Shown here: piece after piece, positions 16,672 through 23,818 of the stretch
Numbering within the stretch: position 1 is the stretch's first letter
Layout of the letters: every line of letters begins with the position of its first letter
Assembly: GCA_043732485.1 (NCBI GenBank)
Contig: JAYTHP010000220.1
Location: 1-23,818 of the forward strand
Direction: 5' to 3'
From: Oligoflexia bacterium
Lineage (GTDB): Bacteria; Bdellovibrionota; UBA1018
DNA: 23,818 nt
Program-made: the position numbers and the translations under genes
Notes under the pieces: generated by a model
Told to the model about the DNA's origin: nothing
Databases searched by the model: none
What the model saw: only the letters and a program-made list of their open reading frames with translations

Positions 16672-16690
16672 GCCTGCCTGCCTGCCTGCC
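16672..16690. repeat. (GCCT)4-GCC microsatellite
   Basis: gcctgcctgcctgcctgcc in the intergenic region upstream of the DUF507 gene. Confidence 0.8.
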
Positions 16691-16865
16691 GACCACTTCC
16701 TTTAGTGTAACTCAGGTCGGCGCGCGCTCCGCAGCTTTTTTTTTGCTTTTGTAAAATATTTTCTGCAAGTCCAAGGCGAGTCGTCTCAAAATACCTCGCC
16801 AAAAGCGATCCTCAAGACCCATTTTAAGACGCATCCCTAGACTCGCCTCAAACCGGACGTTAGCG

Positions 16866-18533
16866 TCAGAGGGTTTTATGACGGCTTTTTTGTCGTTTCT
16901 CTCGCACTAAGCGCACGACCTCAAGCCACTCCTCCGCTTGCATCACGCTTGCCACTCCCCCTAACACCCCAGCGCCTACCACCATCAGCAGCGCCAAGCG
17001 CATCAGCCTGAAAAACAACCCTTCGCCTGGCAAAACCCCACCCACCCACGGCTGACTGAGCGTAATCGCTCCAGTCATCACAAGCGACAGCAAGCTTGCG
17101 CGAAAAAAAGACCCCAAAAGCGGCTTTAAATCCCAAAACCACCCTTGGCGGGCTAAAGCCCGCTTGAGCGCCCACAACAACCACACCAGGTTAAACCCGG
17201 CAGCCACCGACGTCCCTAACGCCAAACTCCAAAACCCCAGCCGCTCCACCCACCAGCTGTTCAAGCTCAAGGTCACCGCCACCGTTAAAAATGTGGCCGC
17301 AACCGGCAGACGCGTGTTGCCCATGGCATAACACACCGGCACTAGGACCTTGACCGCCGAGTAGGCCGGTAACCCGAAAGCGTACATGACAAGCGCCCGA
17401 CTGGTGGCCAGCATGTCGTGCTCACCAAACCTCCCGTACTGAAACAATAACGCCACAATCGGTTGCGCCAAAACCGCAAGACCTGCTGCCGCAGGCACGT
17501 TCAGCGCAAAGGCCATCTTGAGCGATTTCGTCAAGACTTTGACACCTTCTCCTTGCTGCTGCTTTGCCCACAGCAAGGACACCTGCGGCAGGGTCGCTTG
17601 CGCCAGCGACACCCCAAACAGGCCAATCGGAAACTGCATCAAGCGAAAGGCGTAATTGAGATAGGAAACCGATCCCACCGGCTGCGAGGTGGCAAGCACG
17701 GTGTTGACTAAGACATTGAGCGACGTGGCGGCTAACCCCAGGGTGCCTGGCACCATGAGCAGCAGCATTTTTCCCAACGCGGGCTCTTGCCACCAAGGAG
17801 GGTCAGTGGCTAATTTTTTTGGCCACCGGTACTGAATCTGGTAAAGGGCCGGCAACTGCACCAAGGCTTGCACCATCCCCCCGATAATCACTCCCCAGGC
17901 CATGCCGTAAATCGGTTCGTCCCAGCCAAAACGACCGCCAAAACGACTGATGACAGCCGCAAGCAGCACGCCCACGGTGATCGAAACGCCGTTAAAAAAG
18001 GCGGAAGCGAGGCTGGGTAAAAAAAACACCCCTGAGGCATTCAAGACGCCCATGAAGGCAGCAGCCAGCGCCACCCAAGGGAAAAAAGGGAAAAGCACGC
18101 GCGTTAACCCCACGGTCAACTCAAACTTCCCCGGCACCGCCTTAAACCCCGCCGCATAAAGCGCCACCCACTGCTCGGCAAACAGCTGACTGAAAGCCGT
18201 AAACAGCGACACCCCGATAAACAATACCCGAAACACCAAACCTGCGAGCCGCCACGCCCTCAACTGCCCTTGCGCTTCCCGCACCTGGGTGAACACCGGC
18301 ACCAAGGCCGCACTCATAGCCCCTTCGGCAAACAGATCGCGAAAAAGATTAGGGATCCGAAACGCCACCTGAAAAGCGTCGGTGGCCTGACCGGCGCCAA
18401 ACAGGTAGGCAAACACCTGCTCGCGGACCAAACCCAGCAGGCGACTGATCAACGTGGCAAGCCCCATTAAGCCTGCAGCCCGCAAAAAACCAGACGACGG
18501 GGCCGGCAGAGAAGGCGGCACGAGTACGCTCAA
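16866..18533 (-). CDS. murJ: Lipid II flippase MurJ (MviN)
   Basis: SRLLGLVRE, DAFQVAFRIPNLFRDLFAEGA, YAFRLMQFPIGLFG and LFQYGRF; many transmembrane helices. The TTG start overlaps the upstream stop. Confidence 0.97.
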   Translation of the reverse strand: MSVLVPPSLPAPSSGFLRAAGLMGLATLISRLLGLVREQVFAYLFGAGQATDAFQVAFRIPNLFRDLFAEGAMSAALVPVFTQVREAQGQLRAWRLAGLVFRVLFIGVSLFTAFSQLFAEQWVALYAAGFKAVPGKFELTVGLTRVLFPFFPWVALAAAFMGVLNASGVFFLPSLASAFFNGVSITVGVLLAAVISRFGGRFGWDEPIYGMAWGVIIGGMVQALVQLPALYQIQYRWPKKLATDPPWWQEPALGKMLLLMVPGTLGLAATSLNVLVNTVLATSQPVGSVSYLNYAFRLMQFPIGLFGVSLAQATLPQVSLLWAKQQQGEGVKVLTKSLKMAFALNVPAAAGLAVLAQPIVALLFQYGRFGEHDMLATSRALVMYAFGLPAYSAVKVLVPVCYAMGNTRLPVAATFLTVAVTLSLNSWWVERLGFWSLALGTSVAAGFNLVWLLWALKRALARQGWFWDLKPLLGSFFRASLLSLVMTGAITLSQPWVGGVLPGEGLFFRLMRLALLMVVGAGVLGGVASVMQAEEWLEVVRLVREKRQKSRHKTL

Positions 18534-18874
18534 GCCTTTTTCATCGCTTTCTCAAGCCAGTCGTGAAAGCCCGCTTCAATTTGCTTCTTAAAAGGCTCAG
18601 CCATCCAAGTCAGCTGTAAGTGTAGATCCAGGATCGCACCTGCGGGACTGGCACCCCCCCCGTCTGCTGGCAGCCGCACGTCAGGAAGGCATTGCAACTC
18701 GGCTTGAAAAAAACGACTTTCCGCCGCAATCTTAAGCTGTTGCGGGTCACGAGTCAGCTTGCAACTGCCCCAGGGATTTTTGGCTAAAAAACCATCAAGC
18801 TCTAACCCTAAAAACTGATACAAGGCGTCAGGAGTCTTCCCCGCCCATTGCACTTTTCGTGAAAACTTAGCCAT
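18530..18874 (-). CDS. Small protein, likely polyhydroxyalkanoic-acid-system family
   Basis: AAGGAG SD. MAKFS... start and MAEPFKKQIE C-terminal helix resemble that family (recalled, not searched). Confidence 0.55.
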   Translation of the reverse strand: MAKFSRKVQWAGKTPDALYQFLGLELDGFLAKNPWGSCKLTRDPQQLKIAAESRFFQAELQCLPDVRLPADGGGASPAGAILDLHLQLTWMAEPFKKQIEAGFHDWLEKAMKKA

Positions 18875-18919
18875 TTTCTCGTCGTCTCCTTTATTTTTAA
18901 GTTTACCGCAAACCGCCGG

Positions 18920-20353
18920 CTAATCAAGCGGAGTCGCAAGCATCTTGCCTCGTAAGATTCGTGTCGACTGGGCATCCCCCTTAAAACTCACGTCCGTTAA
19001 AATATCCCCCCGCTCGGGTGACGGTTGCTCGCCACTTTCTTGCGCAGCAGTGGCTCGCCACCTTGCTCTTTTTTTACCGTCTTGACCGCACAAGAAAAAC
19101 TCAAAATCCCGGCCTTCCGTGTGAGCAGGACTGACTAAGCGATGCAACGACTGGCCTTGCAACTGCGGCAAGATCTCGTTGCGCGGCCTACGACTCTTCA
19201 CCACCACCAGGTAACTAAACGGCAGCGACTTCCGGTCCAGACCCGCCAACTGATCAATCAGCTTAAAATAAGGCGGGCGCCACCACGAGACCTCCTCATG
19301 ACACCAATCCTCAGGCTGCGCTAAGGCCCCACACGCCTGATGACCCAAACACGGCAGTAAGATCTGCCACTCCGGATCCGCTTCCTTCGCGCGCAAGGCC
19401 AGCAAGGCTTGCCTGAGCAGTAAAAGTTTACGAGATTGGAGCTTCAAGGCGGGCTCCATCAAGATCACCACCCCCTCTTGCGCCAAATGATGCTCCCACG
19501 CTTGCACCAGCGCAAGTGCCAGCTCTTCGGCCGGGAGCTCAAGCTCATTCAAATAATAACTCATCACCCACAAGTGAAACTGCGGGGCGTTTTTCGGCAA
19601 AAAACCGACCCTAGGATCAAGAGTGCGGTGAAACGGCCTGACCCCCCAAGGCTGGCCCAGGGACTTAAAATAGTGCTGCGACCACAACACCCCGCGCTCC
19701 AGCATCTTGCGATCTTGCTCAATGAGCGCCCAATTCTTCTCAAGCGGCAACCCCACCGGAGCGAATTTCTCTCCCAAGGCCACCCCGCAAGCTCCAGAAC
19801 CAGGCCCAGCACCAAACTCAATGGCACGAAAGGCTCCAACGCCTGAGTGCTGCACGCGAAAGCCCAAGCGCGCCAGCTCCGACCAGATCGCAGCCATCCG
19901 GTACACGTGGGTCGGCATATAATACAACAAGTACGCCAAGCGCAAATGCTCAGGGTGCGCACTCTTCTTCCAATAAGGCGCCAGTCCCTGGCTAGCCTCT
20001 CGTTTAGCCTCCCGCTTAGCCTCTTGCGACAACGCTTGACCACCGCCTACGGGCTGCAACCGATTAAAAAGATCGGATAATTTTAGCACATGCGGGACCA
20101 CCGAGCGCGCCAAAAAGCGCACCGAGCTTAACGCCTCGGGCTCAGGAATCCACCCCTGCTCAAAGGCCAGTTGACTGAGGCAGGCTTGGAATTCTACCCC
20201 TAAACTTTTTTCAAAAGCATCAGAAACTCGCATCTTACCCTGGCTCTTTCTCTGAGCACGCGCGTGCGTGCTCTTAGTCTCTCCGTCCCCCCCCCCCTCA
20301 GGGACCTTCACTCCCCGTGATCGCTTGCCGCCCTCAAAAGAGAGCTGACCCAT
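18920..20353 (-). CDS. Rsm22/METTL17-family SAM-dependent methyltransferase-like protein
   Basis: LAYLLYYMP, IEFGAGPG, SYYLNE, ILMEP, Cys cluster PCLGHQAC...WCH, FSYL and a late LC. Start uncertain (ATG 20353 or 20233). Confidence 0.85.
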   Translation of the reverse strand: MGQLSFEGGKRSRGVKVPEGGGDGETKSTHARAQRKSQGKMRVSDAFEKSLGVEFQACLSQLAFEQGWIPEPEALSSVRFLARSVVPHVLKLSDLFNRLQPVGGGQALSQEAKREAKREASQGLAPYWKKSAHPEHLRLAYLLYYMPTHVYRMAAIWSELARLGFRVQHSGVGAFRAIEFGAGPGSGACGVALGEKFAPVGLPLEKNWALIEQDRKMLERGVLWSQHYFKSLGQPWGVRPFHRTLDPRVGFLPKNAPQFHLWVMSYYLNELELPAEELALALVQAWEHHLAQEGVVILMEPALKLQSRKLLLLRQALLALRAKEADPEWQILLPCLGHQACGALAQPEDWCHEEVSWWRPPYFKLIDQLAGLDRKSLPFSYLVVVKSRRPRNEILPQLQGQSLHRLVSPAHTEGRDFEFFLCGQDGKKRARWRATAAQESGEQPSPERGDILTDVSFKGDAQSTRILRGKMLATPLD

Positions 20354-20505
20354 CAAACTAGCAGTTCGATCGCTCGAAGTGAAGGGAAAATACCCCCCCT
20401 CCACCCCCCCTTCAATCCCAAGCAAAAAAAAATTACACTTTTAAAAAACTTATACCGAGCAAAGAATTAACAGACGAGAATTGAAGGTCGAGAATTGAAT
20501 TGCTT

Positions 20506-21525
20506 ATGAATTTTACATCGCTCCTTGGCTTAGGCCTCTTCATTTTAGTTATTGCTCAAGGCATCTTGCCCTCCCTCAAACCCCACCCCCTGCTGTTGCT
20601 CCATCCCGCAGCGCTGGTGCTGGTCGTGGGCGGCACGCTTGCCGCAGCCCTCCTGATGTTTCCCCTCAAAAACTTAGCCAGACTTGCCCGCGACTGCTGC
20701 AAGCGCTTGTTTGCCTCCTCCACCCACACGCCCGCGCACCAGCGCCTCCTGGTGTGTGAGTTCGTGGAAGCGGCCTTAACCTTAGACCATGACCCCTCCC
20801 AGCTGCTGCTTCGCAACCCCCCGCATCCTTTTTTGCAAGAAAGCTACCCCCTGCTCACCAATCCGGGTCTGAGCGACACTGACTTGCTGGATTTACTGGA
20901 GCGACGGGCACAATTTTTCCAGCAAGTGCGCATGGCGCAAGTCGAGATGCTCGCTCAACTCATCCCGCTGCCCTCTGCTTTTGGTTTACTCGGGGTCACC
21001 GTCGGCTTGATCCAACTGCTCAGTGATGCCGCAAGCGGCGAAGCGACTGCCGCAGTGGCGGCATTCTGGGGGCTCGCACTCAGCACCTTTGTCCTACAAC
21101 CCCTGCACGCCCAAGCGCTCAAGGCTGCAAAAGAAGACTTCACGACCCGCGCCTTGATCATTGATGGATTGATGCTACTCAAACAAGCCAACTTCAGCGT
21201 CACCTTGCTTGCTGACAAACTCAACTGCTACTTGCCACCAGAACTCTGGATTGAGCTCACGGCAGAAGACCAAGCAGCCACAAGCGAGGCCGACCCTGCC
21301 GCGCCCGCTGCACGCGGCAAAACCTCCTCCTCCAACAAACTCCAAGCCTTCAATCCATTAGCCAGCCTGCCACCCGCACAAGAACACAACGAGCCTGCCG
21401 CAGAAGTGCATGATCTGGCAGACGAGGAAGCCTTCGAAGAAGACTTTGCGGAAGAAACCCCGCAAAAAGCCACCTCTGCAAGCAGCAACGCTGCGACGAC
21501 GACACTGCCTCGGAAAGCTTCATGA
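20506..21525 (+). CDS. MotA/PomA-like stator-family membrane protein with an acidic disordered tail
   Basis: MNFTSLLG, ALVLVVGGTLAA, HPFL, PSAFGLLGVTVGLIQLL, FWG...FVLQPL and LIIDG...KLNCYL match the MotA layout. Confidence 0.85.
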   Translation: MNFTSLLGLGLFILVIAQGILPSLKPHPLLLLHPAALVLVVGGTLAAALLMFPLKNLARLARDCCKRLFASSTHTPAHQRLLVCEFVEAALTLDHDPSQLLLRNPPHPFLQESYPLLTNPGLSDTDLLDLLERRAQFFQQVRMAQVEMLAQLIPLPSAFGLLGVTVGLIQLLSDAASGEATAAVAAFWGLALSTFVLQPLHAQALKAAKEDFTTRALIIDGLMLLKQANFSVTLLADKLNCYLPPELWIELTAEDQAATSEADPAAPAARGKTSSSNKLQAFNPLASLPPAQEHNEPAAEVHDLADEEAFEEDFAEETPQKATSASSNAATTTLPRKAS

Positions 21526-22667
21526 CCAACACCTCGCAAGCGCAAGTCCCCAAGCACCCGCACCCCTCAGGCCAACCCAGGTCGCGTCGCCTGAAAGTTT
21601 TTCCAGCCCCCTGCGAACAGCGCCCCCCTGCCCCCCTCAACTCCTTCCAGGCAAACCTACTTGCAGTGCTGCTTGCCTTTTTCAGTGTGCTCTCAGCCTC
21701 CCCGCCCGGGAGCTTGAACTTGCAGCCAAAAGCCACAAACCATCTGCAGTCGTTAACACCCGCAGCCACAGAGCCCCTCGCGCTGCCCACTGACCTCAAG
21801 CTTGCGCCAGTGCCGGTTGCGGTCCTCAACACTCGCTTGCCAGTACCTCCCCCCAACCCAGCCGACACGATGACCCGCCTCACGCTGCCAAGCCCTTCCC
21901 AAAGTGCGCTCAGCGATCTTCAGCCACAACAGCCGCTGGCGCAACAGCTCCTCCTCACCCAGAATGAGCTTGCCGCCCTGAAAAGACAATTTCAAGCCCT
22001 CCAAAACGCGCCAACCCTCCCAACGCTGCCTCCACCAACAACACCCCCCTTCCTGGCGATTGTCATCCACTGGCCAACCCTTAACCACAGCATCGATCTC
22101 ACCGTGCAAGATCCAGCAGGTTACCCTTTTAACGGCAAACATCCGACCTACGCTCATCACCCAGGGGAAGTGATCTCGAAAAGCCCTCACGGGCCAGGAT
22201 CAGAAATCTGGCAAAGCCACCACCCCGTCCCTGGAACTTACCAACTGGATTTTCGCTTTGCCAAGACCTACGGGAACTTCAAACCCACCCAAGTCTCAGG
22301 GACGCTGTACACCAACCACGGGATCGTCAATCTCCCCCTCCTCACGCTCGACTTCAAAAAGAAAAATCACCAGCAAGTGCACTTCTCGATGGATGAGCAA
22401 GGAGCCGTTGCCCTTGAAACGCCCCGCAGCCTCCTCCCGCCCCCGCTCCACCTGCCTCCTCAGCCAAAGCGCTCGCGACTGCGCCCGCACCTGAGCAAGA
22501 AGGTCAAGAACAAGGTTCAGCAACCCGTGAAAGCGAAGCCCAAAAAGAAGCTGCAGGCCAAGACAAAACTTCGGGTAAAAGTCCTGCCGCACCGGCAACC
22601 CGCTGCCACAAACGCACTCAGGCGTAAGCGGCCCCGTAAGGACCCCCAGGCGTTTAAAAGCCTTTAG
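21522..22667 (+). CDS. MotB-like N-terminal TM helix + coiled coil + YfaP/DUF2135-like domain + basic tail
   Basis: ATGA overlap with the motA-like gene. FQANLLAVLLAFFSVL resembles MotB YADLMTLLLAFFVLL. LAIVIHW...IDLTVQDPAG...GPGSEIW...PGTYQL resembles YfaP/DUF2135. No OmpA motif seen. Confidence 0.6.
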   Translation: MTNTSQAQVPKHPHPSGQPRSRRLKVFPAPCEQRPPAPLNSFQANLLAVLLAFFSVLSASPPGSLNLQPKATNHLQSLTPAATEPLALPTDLKLAPVPVAVLNTRLPVPPPNPADTMTRLTLPSPSQSALSDLQPQQPLAQQLLLTQNELAALKRQFQALQNAPTLPTLPPPTTPPFLAIVIHWPTLNHSIDLTVQDPAGYPFNGKHPTYAHHPGEVISKSPHGPGSEIWQSHHPVPGTYQLDFRFAKTYGNFKPTQVSGTLYTNHGIVNLPLLTLDFKKKNHQQVHFSMDEQGAVALETPRSLLPPPLHLPPQPKRSRLRPHLSKKVKNKVQQPVKAKPKKKLQAKTKLRVKVLPHRQPAATNALRRKRPRKDPQAFKSL

Positions 22668-22897
22668 AAAATGCGGCATTAGCGCGCGTGATTGGTCCGA
22701 TCCAATCCGTAGGGTATCCCGCGCCACCTCAGACTCAAGTGGAAGCTGTGAAGCACGAGACGTGAGGCGCCAGGATTGGCGCTGTTTTGTTTTCGAACTC
22801 AGGCTTCACTGAGGCTTTACGGTCGCTTACGCTCGGGCCCCAACCAGCAACTCAGCTTCTAAGCTAAAAGCACCCCTGGAAGACACTTGCTTGCTTA

Positions 22898-23731
22898 CTA
22901 ATCCGTGCCACCCAAAGACACCTGATTGAGCTCGCAGCCACTGGTACCTGACGACCGGAAGAAGGCCTTAAAGGAGAATTTACCTAACGACGCGACGTTG
23001 GTATTCGCCAACGTTGCCGCATTGCCAGTCGCCGTCGTGCCGCCCGCTGTGGCCCAAGCGAAGCCGTTCCAGTACATCTAAGGGCTCGAGCTGCTCGTGC
23101 CGACATTATACAAGAACCCACTTGCGCAGCCGCCGGACCCCAGCGTCTGGAGGACTGCACTTAGGGTGTAAAACGACAGCCCCTGATTGCTGATCAAAGT
23201 AGGTGAGGTGCCGTCATAGTGGCTGGGTCCCCCTGAGAATGACTTTAATTCAGGTGAAAAAGGAAAACCGCCTCCTGCGCTACGGTTGCACAAACCCACC
23301 GTTTCGTTTGATTCAAAAATCGTCCAGTTCAGAAAATAGCAGTTAGTCGGAACCACCGAAGCAGCGAATGCCGGAAAACTTGAGAAGGTCATGGTCGGTA
23401 ATCTAGTGCTCACGGAGTCAAGAAAAGTCAAGTCCGCCCCGTCGTTGGGCACCAAGTTATCGTTAAGTTCAGAGAAGTAAGTCTGGTTGGTGCCATCTGT
23501 CCCCACCCACGAAGGCGACTAGGTGGTGCAGGTTGAGTCTGAGCAAGAGCGGACTGGGTATTTCAAGCAGTTGATTCACCGCCGGTAAAGCTCATAAATT
23601 TCATTAGACGAGCAAATATTGATTCCGTGACAAAGCGTGCGGCTCCACACTGCCACCGCATCGATCAAGCCAGTAACAATGCTACCAAAAACAGTTCCGA
23701 AACCAATCGATAAAGTGCCAGAAAAAACCAT
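22898..23731 (-). pseudogene. C-terminal relic of a LamG-domain secreted/fibre protein with three in-frame stops
   Basis: A single 278-codon frame: LSIG...GLIDAVAVWSRTL...EIYELYRR*INCLKYPVRSCSDSTCTT*SPSWVGTDGT...SSSP*MYWNGFAW...FKAFFRSSGTSGCELNQV. Stops at 23576-23578, 23519-23521 and 23078-23080. Confidence 0.75.
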
Positions 23732-23818
23732 ACCTCAAGAAGCCTTAACAGAGCTACCTTGAAAAATTTATTTAAAATAGACTCCAGAGAAGGTTACATA
23801 GAAATTTTCTACTTAGAG

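Noticed and set aside
20506..22667. Zorya (ZorAB) defence system
   Set aside because: No long ZorA coiled tail, no OmpA domain in the partner, and no ZorC/D/E genes nearby.
22898..23731. Stop-codon reassignment or amber read-through
   Set aside because: The internal stops imply different amino acids and include TGA. TAG and TGA also terminate intact genes in this window (e.g. 18920 and 16866).
1..23818. CRISPR arrays, tRNA/rRNA genes, transposases/integrases, and the many short antisense or alternate-frame ORFs in the track
   Set aside because: No regularly spaced repeats, cloverleaf/rRNA signatures or recombinase motifs were seen. The short ORFs are shadows of well-supported genes.

Overview
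This is a bacterial chromosomal window. Gene content (DUF507, a PHA-system-family protein, an Rsm22-like methyltransferase, an orphan MotA-like gene, a LamG fibre-protein relic) suggests a Bdellovibrionota/Oligoflexia-like organism, which is an inference. Housekeeping genes are dapB, gpmI, a ComF-family gene, aspartate kinase, an MltD-like transglycosylase, murJ and a DcaP-like porin. Three genes look decayed: a tandem-YARHG secreted protein, an XRE/HigA-like HTH and a LamG C-terminal fragment. Four observations stand out. (1) A ~810-nt intergenic segment (2326-3139) folds by eye into many nested helices with + strand G-U pairs and ends in a strong terminator, making it a candidate large ncRNA; it embeds a 35-aa ORF whose Shine-Dalgarno (SD) has competing pairing partners. 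(2) Divergent from it is an NtrC-like regulator with an intact receiver but a degenerate AAA+ domain, coupled to a stand-alone HisKA-like protein. (3) A two-state RNA switch candidate lies upstream of the porin. (4) A MotA/MotB-like pair has Asn in place of the essential MotB Asp and a YfaP/DUF2135-like domain instead of OmpA. All calls come from reading the sequence; no searches or folding programs were run.
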